From positions 77,546-141,545 of the forward strand of contig JAYGDX010000068.1 of assembly GCA_046582655.1 (NCBI GenBank): a stretch of DNA of 64,000 nt, read 5' to 3'. The position numbers were made by a program, and so were the translations under genes. The notes below the pieces were generated by a model. That model worked only from the letters and a program-made list of their open reading frames with translations. It did no database searches and was not told where the DNA came from. The stretch's first letter is position 1; every line of letters begins with the position of its first letter. Source of the stretch: Candidatus Poribacteria bacterium (GTDB lineage: Bacteria > Poribacteria > WGA-4E > UBA9662). Positions 46,530 through 56,333 of this stretch are shown here, piece by piece.

Positions 46530-49262
46530 ATGAATCGATTTGGTGTCTTTTTACTATTGATCGGAGTTTTTTTTCTGTTTATCGTTACAGAAACCTTTTC
46601 GGCAGAATCGTCTGATACAGATACTACTGTTGAAGATAGCGAGAAAGTCGTCGAGACAGATGATAAAGCCAAAACCAGTTTTGACCTGGAAGAGATCTCT
46701 GTAACCGCTTCGCGAAAACCAGAAAAAGTGCTTGAAGCACCCGCTGCGGTTTCGATCCTTGATGGTTCTGCAGTGCGGGACAAGGTAGCCGGTACAGTCA
46801 CGGATCACCTGAAAGCGATACCGGTAGTTGACGTGGTGACTTCCGGTCTGACCCAATCCAATGTGGTGGTTCGAGGGTTTAATAACATCTTTTCCGGTTC
46901 TTTACTTTCTCTTGTAGACAATCGTATAGCTCGTGTTCCTTCACTTCGCTCTAATACTTACAGTCTGATCCCGACTTCAAACTTGGATATTGAACGCATT
47001 GAGGTCGTGTCCGGCCCAGGCTCGGCTTTATATGGTCCCAACAGTGCTAATGGGGTGATGCACATTCTGACCAAATCACCGTTCGGTTCGGAAGGGACTA
47101 CAGTTACGCTTGGATCGGGTGAGCGTAGTGTTCTGACTGGGGCTTTGCGACACGCAGGCAGTTTTGATGACCGCATTGGCTACAAAATTTCAGGCCAGTA
47201 TTACCGTGGTAATGACTGGGAATCTGAAGATCCAGCGGAGGAAGCATATCTCAAAAGCTCTGGCAAAACACGTGATTTCAACGTTGATCGTTTGACAGGT
47301 GAAGCGCGGCTTGACTTTAATGTTACGGATGAACTAAAGGCAATCTTGAGCAGTGGGTTCTCGCGCATTAATCAGATTGAGCTTACCGGAGTCGGTTCAG
47401 GACAAGGCAAAGGGTGGACTTATAGCTACGCTCAGGGCCGCCTGAACTACAAGGACCTGTTTGCTCAAGTTTTTATCAATCAGAGTGATGCTGGCGACAC
47501 TTTTCTCTTGCGAACAGGTAATCCGATTGTCGACAAATCGAAGCTTTTTGTTGGTCAGGTTCAGCATGGTCTGTCTATTGGCGATGACCAGCGATTTACC
47601 TACGGCTTGGATCTATTACTGACAAGACCAGATACAGAGGGAACCATCACCGGAATCAATGAAGACGATGATAATATTAATGAGATTGGCGTATATCTGC
47701 AATCTGAAACCAACTTGCCAGCCAACCTGAAATTTGTGGCTGCTGCTCGTATGGATCAGCATAGCTATTTGGAAGATCTCGTGTTCTCGCCTCGTGTGGC
47801 ACTGGTTTATACGCCAGCAATCAACCATAATTTGCGGGCTACCTATAATCGTGCCTTTAGCACTCCTACTTCCAATACCATTTTCCTGGATCTTGTGGTG
47901 CTGGAGGATCTGGGTGGAATTGGAGGAACGTTAGAGCCCGCCTTAGGATTTAATCCGAAGATCGATGTTCGCGCACAAGGAACAAAAGACGGGTTTAGAT
48001 TCCAATCCAGTGGTGAAGGCCCACCAAAGTTCCGTTCACCCTATGCGGCTATCTTAAAAAAGGAACCTGATACCTATTTCGACATGAATGACCCAATAAT
48101 GACTAACGTCATGTGGGGAGTTGGAAGAAAGGCGGTAATGAGCGGGTTGCTTCCAACTCTTGCAGGTCTTATTGAAGGTCAACTTAAGACTCAAGGTTTG
48201 CCTGATGCGATTGTTAAGTTGCAGGTCAGTGCCTTATCTCAAGCTTTCCAATCAGCTATTCCGGAAAAGCTAGGTGGTTTAAAAAATGTGATGCGGACTT
48301 TAAATCCGACCACGCAAGGTTTTGAAGATGCTGTCAATCCAACTGATGTTGAACCGATTAAGCCAACGACAACCCAGACTACGGAATTAGGTTATAAAGG
48401 GGTTCTGGCCAATAGACTGGCACTGAGTGTGGACATCTATCAGACCAAAATGAGAAACTTTGTTGGGCCATTGGTGGTTGAAACGCCCAACGTTTTTCTT
48501 GAACCGCAAGTTCTAATTGGGGCGCTGATGAAGAAAATTGGAGCCGCATTAGCCAAGCCGGAAAATGCCCCGTTAGTCCAAGTGGCGATGGCATTGGATA
48601 ACCCGGATCTCGTTATCGGTAAGAAAAAGGATGGTACTCCTCTTGCCATGAAGGATCTGTTTCCAGACAATCCCGTTCAAAAATTTGGCAACGGAAAAGT
48701 TCATGATGAATTAGCTCTGATATTTGCCAATGGAACAGCCCAAAACGGAGCGGTATTCATTCCATTCGGTACGGTTACTCCAGAAGGCGTGCATGATCCG
48801 AATGCGATTATGCTGACCTACCGAAACTACGGCGATATTTCGCTTTATGGTGCTGACGCGCGACTCGATTTTTTCCTAACTGAAAATGTTATCTTAAACG
48901 GGAATCTCTCATTTGTCAGCGACGACGAATTTGAGTCGGATGAAAAAACGATCGCTTTGAACGCTCCCAAAAACAAATTTGGGCTGGGCGTGAAGTATAT
49001 TAATGCCGATCTGGGATTGAGTTCGCAGCTGCAGTTCCGTTACATAGCTGGATTTCCGGTTAATTCCGGCGTTTACATCGGAGAAGTTGATCCATATCAA
49101 CTCATTGACGTGAATTTTGCTTACGATTTGCCTGCGTTCCTGTCAACGCCTCCCAGGCTTTCGTTGACCATACAAAATCTTCTGAATAATCAGCACCAGG
49201 AGTTTGTTGGTGCTCCGGAGATTGGTCGATTGGCCTTGATGCAAATCACACAATCTTTCTAA
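46530..49262 (+). CDS. TonB-dependent receptor
   Basis: Signal peptide; LEEISVTASR TonB box; plug IERIEVVSGPGSALYG; terminal Phe. Confidence 0.92.
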   Translation: MNRFGVFLLLIGVFFLFIVTETFSAESSDTDTTVEDSEKVVETDDKAKTSFDLEEISVTASRKPEKVLEAPAAVSILDGSAVRDKVAGTVTDHLKAIPVVDVVTSGLTQSNVVVRGFNNIFSGSLLSLVDNRIARVPSLRSNTYSLIPTSNLDIERIEVVSGPGSALYGPNSANGVMHILTKSPFGSEGTTVTLGSGERSVLTGALRHAGSFDDRIGYKISGQYYRGNDWESEDPAEEAYLKSSGKTRDFNVDRLTGEARLDFNVTDELKAILSSGFSRINQIELTGVGSGQGKGWTYSYAQGRLNYKDLFAQVFINQSDAGDTFLLRTGNPIVDKSKLFVGQVQHGLSIGDDQRFTYGLDLLLTRPDTEGTITGINEDDDNINEIGVYLQSETNLPANLKFVAAARMDQHSYLEDLVFSPRVALVYTPAINHNLRATYNRAFSTPTSNTIFLDLVVLEDLGGIGGTLEPALGFNPKIDVRAQGTKDGFRFQSSGEGPPKFRSPYAAILKKEPDTYFDMNDPIMTNVMWGVGRKAVMSGLLPTLAGLIEGQLKTQGLPDAIVKLQVSALSQAFQSAIPEKLGGLKNVMRTLNPTTQGFEDAVNPTDVEPIKPTTTQTTELGYKGVLANRLALSVDIYQTKMRNFVGPLVVETPNVFLEPQVLIGALMKKIGAALAKPENAPLVQVAMALDNPDLVIGKKKDGTPLAMKDLFPDNPVQKFGNGKVHDELALIFANGTAQNGAVFIPFGTVTPEGVHDPNAIMLTYRNYGDISLYGADARLDFFLTENVILNGNLSFVSDDEFESDEKTIALNAPKNKFGLGVKYINADLGLSSQLQFRYIAGFPVNSGVYIGEVDPYQLIDVNFAYDLPAFLSTPPRLSLTIQNLLNNQHQEFVGAPEIGRLALMQITQSF

Positions 49263-49332
49263 GCTGACGAGTTGGAAAAATTTGTTACTATAAGATCATT
49301 TTTATATCTATTTATTTGGAAAGGATAACAGT

Positions 49333-50202
49333 ATGAAATTAGGGTTTTTGACCCCTTACTCAGAAGAGATTGTCCAGTTCGCTGGGGACGATCCGAATTT
49401 TGAATGTTTGGAATTTTCGGGGCCTCCGGCTGAATGGGTGGGCGATACAGATGAAGCAAACGCCGCTCGGGAATCTGCCCTGAAGTTACTGAATACGAAT
49501 GGATTGAGCATTTCGTCTTTTCTAACCAACTGGCCCTCAATCCGTACATCGTCAGCAGAACTGCCAGCGTATCTGGATCATTTCAGCAAGGTTTTTGATG
49601 TCTGCCAAGCGATGGGGGACAATGTCGTCCTGACAGGTGCTGGGCCAATGGGATATGATCCAAGCATTGGTCTTGAAGATAATGTTGCCCGCTATAAAGA
49701 GGTCTATACGCCGATTGGCAATTTGGCTGAAGCGAAAGGAGTATTAATCGGTTTTGAGAACTGGCCGGGTGGTGGCGGACCATTCAGTGATGGCGGAAAT
49801 CTCTCGGTTACGCCTGAAGCATGGGGTTTGATGTTTGAGGCCGTGCCGTCAAAGGCAATAGGTTTAGAATTCGACCCATCTCATCTTATCTGGCAGGGAA
49901 TCGATTCATTCGAGGCGTTCGAAGAATTCTCGGATCGGGTTAATATTCTACACGCCAAAGATACCGAGATTTTTGAAGACCGTTTAAAACGGGTTGGTGT
50001 ATTTCGCCGTGGGGGTTGGTGGCGGTATCGATTGCCCGGTTTTGCTGACTTTAATTGGCCGCAATTTTTTGCTCTGGTACATGAACATGGGTTTGACGGA
50101 TCTGTCGTTATTGAGCACGAAGACGCTGTCTTTAGCGGTAATCGGCGGCTTGAAGGATTCACACGTTGCGGTATATACTTGAGTAACAGTATTCTGGATT
50201 AG
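49333..50202 (+). CDS. Sugar phosphate isomerase/epimerase (xylose isomerase-like TIM barrel)
   Basis: FEN, LEFDPSHL, HAKD, IEHED metal ligands. Confidence 0.85.
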   Translation: MKLGFLTPYSEEIVQFAGDDPNFECLEFSGPPAEWVGDTDEANAARESALKLLNTNGLSISSFLTNWPSIRTSSAELPAYLDHFSKVFDVCQAMGDNVVLTGAGPMGYDPSIGLEDNVARYKEVYTPIGNLAEAKGVLIGFENWPGGGGPFSDGGNLSVTPEAWGLMFEAVPSKAIGLEFDPSHLIWQGIDSFEAFEEFSDRVNILHAKDTEIFEDRLKRVGVFRRGGWWRYRLPGFADFNWPQFFALVHEHGFDGSVVIEHEDAVFSGNRRLEGFTRCGIYLSNSILD

Positions 50203-50234
50203 CCCTCTGATTTTTTAGGTAAGGGTGTGGTTAC

Positions 50235-50675
50235 CTATTGATTATTTAAGACTACACCTTTTTTTAAAATCAGATTTGCATAAAGTGCAGTCTCGCTAGT
50301 TGCAACTACGGCATAAGCGTCCCTGGCGCGAGCGTAAAATGCGTGGCGTTCAATCGGTGTTAGTTTGACCTGTTCGCCTTCTCCTGCTGCTAGTAGGAGA
50401 AGGCGAAATTCCTCCCAGATTAGCGGATCTGATTCTTCTGGCTCAACGGTTGCCATGACAACTGCGTGATCTTCTACAAAAGTATCAATCGGAAAAAATT
50501 GCATAATAGCTTCCAACAAAGTACACACGTCAAGGCCATCAGCACGAATCAGGCGTTTGGCATTGCTGGAAGCCGGAAAATTGCCGTCAGCCAACACTAT
50601 CTCGTCCCCATGTCCCATGCTCATAATGGCATGCATTAGGTCTGGTGATATAACTTCAGGAATATTTTTTAACAT
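50235..50675 (-). CDS. fucU: RbsD/FucU family mutarotase (L-fucose mutarotase-like)
   Basis: MLKNIP, MGHGDEIVLADGNFP, ERHAFY, YANLILKKGV. Confidence 0.88.
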   Translation of the reverse strand: MLKNIPEVISPDLMHAIMSMGHGDEIVLADGNFPASSNAKRLIRADGLDVCTLLEAIMQFFPIDTFVEDHAVVMATVEPEESDPLIWEEFRLLLLAAGEGEQVKLTPIERHAFYARARDAYAVVATSETALYANLILKKGVVLNNQ

Positions 50676-50698
50676 TACCCACTCTCCATTATATTCTG

Positions 50699-51455
50699 TT
50701 AAGAGTTTAAATTCCGTGGTGCCGACATCTCCTTGTTTTCGAGGCGATTCATGGTGATATCCTGTTGTCCAGTTGGGTTCGACAATCCAGTATCAGCTAG
50801 ACGTTGTGCGAGAAAATCTTCCATTTCAGTCTTTAACTCTTCGACCTTCTGTGGACTGTCCTCGGCTAAATCGTAGAGTTCTTCAGGATCATCATCTGGA
50901 TTGCAGAGTTCAATATTCTGTAAACTTCAGGCATCTCCCCTGTCTCCATGATGAGTTTTCATGCTGATGTTTGTCATTCTCTTCATCCAGCTACATTTGG
51001 TCAAGTAGATAGCTTTTGTTGTTCCTTAATCATTGTTACTATCAATCATTTCCCTGGTGGTGCAGCTAGCCGCTTTAGCTTTTCGTGCATTACGGCATTT
51101 TGTTTCTTACCTGTATCCTCGGTGATATTCTTCAGCAAATCCGCGATTAAACCATCTGCCAAGATTGTCAGCAGCTACGGTAAAATAGCCACCTTCATTC
51201 AGCAACTCCGCATTATATCTGAATCAGGATTGAGACTCCCGTCTTGAGTGATGATCTGGTGTGCTAGGGCATCTTTGCCCGTTAGCATGGTAGTATGAGC
51301 GGGGCGAGTTGGAATATGTGGGCTAATACATGTTTCAAGTAGAGCGGCATTAGGTGCCAGACGATCAAGATATGGAGTTGTCAAGTTTGTATGGCCGTAA
51401 CAACTTATACTTGATTTCCGTGGCGTGTCGAGTGAGATTAAATCACATTTCTCAA
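50699..51455 (-). pseudogene. Sulfatase / alkaline-phosphatase superfamily pseudogene with an internal deletion
   Basis: Pieces in shifting frames: RNV/LISLDT..SCYGH..TTPYLDRLA; HIPTRPAHTTMLTG; AELLNEGGYFTVAADNLGRWFNRGF then a stop; C-terminal DDDPEELYDLAEDSPQKVEEL. Confidence 0.75.
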
Positions 51456-51505
51456 AAGTTACCTTCCTCTCTTGATTTTAAGTTGTTAGGGCTATACTCA
51501 GTGAT

Positions 51506-52624
51506 TTAGTTTTGTGCTGCACGGATAGCATGACACAAATGTCGGATGCCGTCAGCCACATAATCCAGGTGACAATAAGCATAGGCGATACGGATTGCCT
51601 TGATCGGTTTACCCTCAGCATGGAAGGCGTTTCCCATGCTGAAATGGACGCCTTTTTCTGCAGCGAGGGTTTGCATTTTCTGCATGTCGGTTTGTTCAGG
51701 TAGATCGACCCAAAGGAAGAGTCCACCGCGAGGTTTTGTCCAGGTGCAAATATCACTGACGTGTTCCTCAAGCGTCTTGGTGACAGCTCGGCACTTGGCG
51801 CCAACAACTGCGTTTGTTATTTCTAGATGTTGATCAAGGTTATGGCGGAAGAATTCTGCCACAATAGCGCTTGATAAAGCGCTAGTTCCAAGATCCCATC
51901 GGTCATTGGAGATGATTTTATCGTATGGTGACCTAGCAACAAAATAACCAAGCCTGACACCTGCACCCAATATTTTTGAAAAAGTTGCCACGTATATAAT
52001 ACGGTTGGATTGATCAAGTTTAAATAGGCTGTTGGGAATCGGCTCTGGTGTAAAATCAATATCGCCGTAACAATCATCCTCAACAATAAATAGATCAAAG
52101 GTTTCTGCCAGTTCAATCAAGCGTTTTCGGCGTTCAAGCGTTAGGATCGCTCCAGTTGGATTCTGGTGGTTTGGCGTAACATAAAGTAATTTTGGCTTTA
52201 TATTTTTATCTTGAAAATCAATGAGAATCTCTTCCAGCGCGTCTGGATCAAGCCCTTCAACGTAGTCGAGTGGAACACCAACAATATTGGTTTTGAGGTG
52301 ACGTAAAAGTCCCAGTGTCCCACTATATACTAACTCTTCAGTTAGCACAACATCACCTGGTTCAAGAAGATTGCGAAGAATAAGATCAAGCGATTGCATA
52401 GATCCCGATGTAATTGATATCTGATCTACAGGCAATGGTACGCCTTCTCGGCGTTCAAACCGAATTGAGCATACTTCTCGTAGACCCTGATAACCATTAT
52501 CCCCAGGATAATTAACGAGGTTACCTCCGAGGGTTTGTAACGCTTTTGCACTGGCCTCGATTAATTTTTCAGTTGGGAAAGTATCTGGATCCGGTCGTCC
52601 ACCGGTGAAGGCAAAGTCGTTCAT
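51506..52624 (-). CDS. PLP-dependent aminotransferase class I/II (LysN/ARO8-like)
   Basis: GGRPDPDTFP, QNPTG, EDDCY, TFSKILGAGVRLG, PRGGLFLW. Confidence 0.88.
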   Translation of the reverse strand: MNDFAFTGGRPDPDTFPTEKLIEASAKALQTLGGNLVNYPGDNGYQGLREVCSIRFERREGVPLPVDQISITSGSMQSLDLILRNLLEPGDVVLTEELVYSGTLGLLRHLKTNIVGVPLDYVEGLDPDALEEILIDFQDKNIKPKLLYVTPNHQNPTGAILTLERRKRLIELAETFDLFIVEDDCYGDIDFTPEPIPNSLFKLDQSNRIIYVATFSKILGAGVRLGYFVARSPYDKIISNDRWDLGTSALSSAIVAEFFRHNLDQHLEITNAVVGAKCRAVTKTLEEHVSDICTWTKPRGGLFLWVDLPEQTDMQKMQTLAAEKGVHFSMGNAFHAEGKPIKAIRIAYAYCHLDYVADGIRHLCHAIRAAQN

Positions 52625-52639
52625 GTTTCCTCCAAGTAT

Positions 52640-53425
52640 TTACTTGAGTTTGTTCTTTACTATGGCGCGAATTTGATTTGCTTCGTTTTTGTATCTGCGA
52701 TCTTTATCACTTTTGGCTTCAAGTCCTTCAATAACGTTTAACTCGTCCATTGCAAATTTCCATTCTTTCATCTCTTGGTACGTTCTGGCGAGTTCAAGGT
52801 GGTGGTTGATGTAGGTAGGTAGGATCTTAACCGCTTTCTTGAAATGTTCGATGGCTTCTTCATGTGAGGCCGGTGGAAGTCCTCCATAAAATATTTTAGC
52901 AAATCCCCGTTCGATCCATGACAGGTTGGCCACACCTCGATGCCAACGTGCTAAGAGATGATGTGCTGTGTCATTGTTGTCGTCAAGTTCAATTGCTGTC
53001 ATGACTTCATTTTTTATTACAACGGAAAGCTGAACCTTTTTTTTACTGCTTTCTGTTAGGGCGATATTGCCGACAGCCACCCCAATATAGGTATGGCAAA
53101 AACTGTGGTTGGAATCGATTTTTACGCCACTCCGTGCGTATTTCTCAGCTTTTTGATAGAGTTCTCTTGCTTTCTCTTGATTGTCCTGAGACTTTTCTTC
53201 ATCGCCCAGATTGGAATAGGCGCGTGCGATTCGCCACATGATTTCCGCATTTTCCGGGATGATCTCATCTGCTTTCAGAAAAGTCTCAAGTGATGCTTGT
53301 AATTTTCCTGCCTCGTGATATTGATCCCCTGTCTTAATCAGTTTCTCAATAGTTTCTTGACTATAAAGATGATTTCCCAAAAAAAATAAAGCTACAATCA
53401 GAGCAGGCACATGTTTTTTTAGCAT
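52640..53425 (-). CDS. Secreted TPR protein resembling the RMD1/FAM82 family
   Basis: Signal peptide; EIMWRIARA, AIELD...AHHLLARW...LSWIER..AKIFYGGLPPASHEEA. Confidence 0.7.
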   Translation of the reverse strand: MLKKHVPALIVALFFLGNHLYSQETIEKLIKTGDQYHEAGKLQASLETFLKADEIIPENAEIMWRIARAYSNLGDEEKSQDNQEKARELYQKAEKYARSGVKIDSNHSFCHTYIGVAVGNIALTESSKKKVQLSVVIKNEVMTAIELDDNNDTAHHLLARWHRGVANLSWIERGFAKIFYGGLPPASHEEAIEHFKKAVKILPTYINHHLELARTYQEMKEWKFAMDELNVIEGLEAKSDKDRRYKNEANQIRAIVKNKLK

Positions 53426-53453
53426 TCTGTAGTTTCCTCCTAGAAATTTTGGT

Positions 53454-53856
53454 TCAGTAAAGATAACCTAGTTCCAAATAAATCCCCGTTTCCTTAGAGC
53501 CTTGTTTATCATGTTTGATAACAGAATTTTCCACGTCAAGAGCGATAACAAAATTTTCATTTCATATTACCCGAAGTTCAGTCCCTTTGGCTAGATGTAG
53601 ATCGCTTAAACCTATCCGTAGGCTATTCTCCCACACCCAACCACTATCGGCAAAACATTAGTAGCAATTACTCGCCTGTTGAATGGCCGTATAAGGCATC
53701 GATCACTCCATATCCACTTCCTTCGTCAGAATGGTAATTAGCTAACGGAATCCCCGAAAAACTAAAACCAGTTTGCTTTGCAGCTTCAGCAAACACTACT
53801 TGACTTAAAACTATGATAAGGATTAAACAGCGATAAAATGTGTCTGTAATTCTTAT
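53454..53856 (-). pseudogene. Omp85/BamA-TamA family outer membrane protein pseudogene (N- and C-termini only)
   Basis: Signal-like LILIIVLSQVVFA then TGFSFSGIPLANYHSDEGSGYG; then FADSGWVW...LRVI*NENFVIALD...GIYLELGYLY*; no valid start codon, internal stops. Confidence 0.6.
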
Positions 53857-54166
53857 ATGTTTTTCTAGGATGGTAATTTCACCGTGAAAATTAATAAGAA
53901 GATAGATTTAATTTTCATGAACATCTGGGATCAATACAGAACGCCCCTAACTATATTATAAAGTCCCGCCTTCAGCTAAAAAATGGCAAGTTAGGATTCA
54001 GTAATGATTTTGAAACACCGTTTTCCCACAGATTAACGGTCTTGATTACAAAACATTAATTCAGAACCAGTTCACTATTGTTAAGTATATCATATTTCTC
54101 CATTCTACCTACTATTTTCTGATGTCCTTGAAACCCTGAATATGTTGAGTTTTCAAGCGTTTTGTC

Positions 54167-54195
54167 TTGACACAATTACACCTCAATGCTATAAT
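54167..54195 (+). promoter_or_regulatory. Consensus sigma70 promoter of the Pup-proteasome operon
   Basis: TTGACA (54167-54172), 17-nt spacer ending TGc, TATAAT (54190-54195). Confidence 0.75.
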
Positions 54196-54557
54196 CTAGC
54201 AATTTTTCAGTTCCTTGTAGAGACCTTGTAGAGAGTGCGGATTATACTAGTTTTAGTAAGGTAAGATGTTGTCTTATCTATAGAGAGTTCGCTTGGGTTT
54301 TGATGGGAGTGTAAAAGTTTGTATCTAATGGTATTTTAACTCATAAAGGGTTCTTATCTTAAATGAAATTTTTTGGCTTGCCCTTTGGTTGTCTGTTATT
54401 GTATTTTCTCTCCTAAATAGTCAGGCAACTCCTACCAAAACTGCAACGAAGTGCCACCAAATTTGCTACTGGATTGTTTGAGATTATAAACTACCAATAA
54501 ATTATGGGTTATCCTAAGAGTGCTATGGGAAATCCGTGGCCATGGGTTCGGGATTAG

Positions 54558-56333
54558 ATGTCTAGCAGCAGAACTACAACCAGCAATTTTGAAATGGAAT
54601 CTATAGAGAAATCACAAGAAGATCTCATTCGCGAACAGCAATATGCGATTGAATCTCTGGAAAACGAAATTGACAGTCTGAAAAGACGTCTAAACTCAGT
54701 ATCATCAGATGATACTGAAGACCGGCTTTATGAGATGACACGCGAGTTAATGCAGGCGCATCGCCGAAACAGGAAACTGACCGGGACACTTCGGGAAGCA
54801 AAGGAAAAGCTTGAGGAGTTAAAAGAAAAAGTTGAGCAGCTAAGTGCTCCGCCTAACAATTATGGAATTTTCTTGCAGAAGAATGATGATGGTACTGTTG
54901 ACATTGATCTGTTAGGTAAACGATGGAAAGTCAATGCTGACCCGGAGGTAAATGTAGATGAACTGCAGAAAGGTCAGGAAGTCATTGTGAATGGGGTCTT
55001 CAATGTTATTGCTGTGAGAGGGTTTGATCAACGTGGTGAAGTCGTTAAGATTAAGGAAGTCCTTGATGATGAGCGTGCCATTGTGACCATGCGGGCTGAT
55101 GAGGAACGAGTCGTAGAATTATCGGAACTGACAGATTCACGGAGTTTGAAATTGGGAGATTCAGTTCTGCTCAATCTGGCAACAGGCATGTTAATGGAAA
55201 AGCTACCGAAAATTGAGGTAGAAGATCTTATGCTGGAAGAAGTGCCGGATATAACTTATAGGGACGTCGGAGGCTTGGATGAACAAATTGAGGATATTCG
55301 TGATGTTATCGAAACTCCGTATCTGTACCCAAAGGAGTATCAGGAATTTGACCTGACACCCCCCAAAGGCATTTTGCTCTACGGCCCACCTGGATGTGGG
55401 AAAACGCTAGTAGCCAAAGCCATAGCAAATGGCTTGGCGAAACGGGTACGTGAGAAAACGGGTAAAGAGGATATAAAGGGGTATTTCATCAATGTCAAAG
55501 GGCCTGAACTTCTCAATAAGTACGTTGGTGAAACTGAACGAAAGATCCGTGAGGTTTTCCAGAAGGCTCGGGAGAAAGCGAGGTCTGGTTTTCCGGTAGT
55601 CATCTTCTTCGACGAAATGGACTCGCTTTTCCGTTCGAGAGGGATGGGGATATCATCTGATATGGAGTCGACAGTCGTCCCAACATTTCTGGCCGAGATT
55701 GATGGTGTCGAGGACTTAAAGGGCGTCGTTGTAATTGGTGCGAGTAATCGACAGGATTTGCTTGATCCAGCAGTCCTCCGCCCTGGTAGGCTTGATATAA
55801 AGATTAAGATTGATCGTCCGAATGCTGAAGGAGCGAAGGACATTTTTAGTAAATATATGAATGTTAATCTTCCGATTGCACCCTCTGAATTAGAACGATT
55901 CGATAATGATGTAGGTGAAACTATCGAGAGTATGGTTTCCGATGCAGCCGATGAAATGTTTTCCGATAGCAGTGAAAATAAGTTCATTGAAGTTACTTAC
56001 GCACGTGGTGAGCGTGAAACGCTATATTTTAAGGATTTTATCAGTGGGGCAATGATTGAAAACATTGTCGCACGTGCTAAGAAATTCGCAATTAAGCGAA
56101 TCATAGAAGATAGTGCCAATGAAAAAGGAATTACCCTTGAAGATTTGAGGGTTGCCATCCGCGAAGAATACAAAGAAAATGAAGATTTGCCAAACACTAC
56201 TAATCCTGATGATTGGGCAAAGATTTCTGGTCGCAAAGGTGAACGGATTGTTAATATCCGGGCATTAATCGAAAATGAATCTGATCATCAAAAAAGAGAA
56301 CCGCACGCAATAAAGGGTGGTGCATATCTCTAA
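54558..56333 (+). CDS. arc: Proteasome-associated AAA+ ATPase (ARC/Mpa)
   Basis: N-terminal coiled coil, PP motif, OB region; GPPGCGKT, IFFDEMD; ENEDLPNTTNPDDWAKISG; HbYX-type tail GAYL. Confidence 0.95.
   Translation: MSSSRTTTSNFEMESIEKSQEDLIREQQYAIESLENEIDSLKRRLNSVSSDDTEDRLYEMTRELMQAHRRNRKLTGTLREAKEKLEELKEKVEQLSAPPNNYGIFLQKNDDGTVDIDLLGKRWKVNADPEVNVDELQKGQEVIVNGVFNVIAVRGFDQRGEVVKIKEVLDDERAIVTMRADEERVVELSELTDSRSLKLGDSVLLNLATGMLMEKLPKIEVEDLMLEEVPDITYRDVGGLDEQIEDIRDVIETPYLYPKEYQEFDLTPPKGILLYGPPGCGKTLVAKAIANGLAKRVREKTGKEDIKGYFINVKGPELLNKYVGETERKIREVFQKAREKARSGFPVVIFFDEMDSLFRSRGMGISSDMESTVVPTFLAEIDGVEDLKGVVVIGASNRQDLLDPAVLRPGRLDIKIKIDRPNAEGAKDIFSKYMNVNLPIAPSELERFDNDVGETIESMVSDAADEMFSDSSENKFIEVTYARGERETLYFKDFISGAMIENIVARAKKFAIKRIIEDSANEKGITLEDLRVAIREEYKENEDLPNTTNPDDWAKISGRKGERIVNIRALIENESDHQKREPHAIKGGAYL

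Noticed and set aside
55379..56236. Long antisense ORFs inside arc (similar ones lie inside aroA, mutS, the nuo genes and ppdK)
   Set aside because: Shadow frames of well-supported genes with no independent motifs
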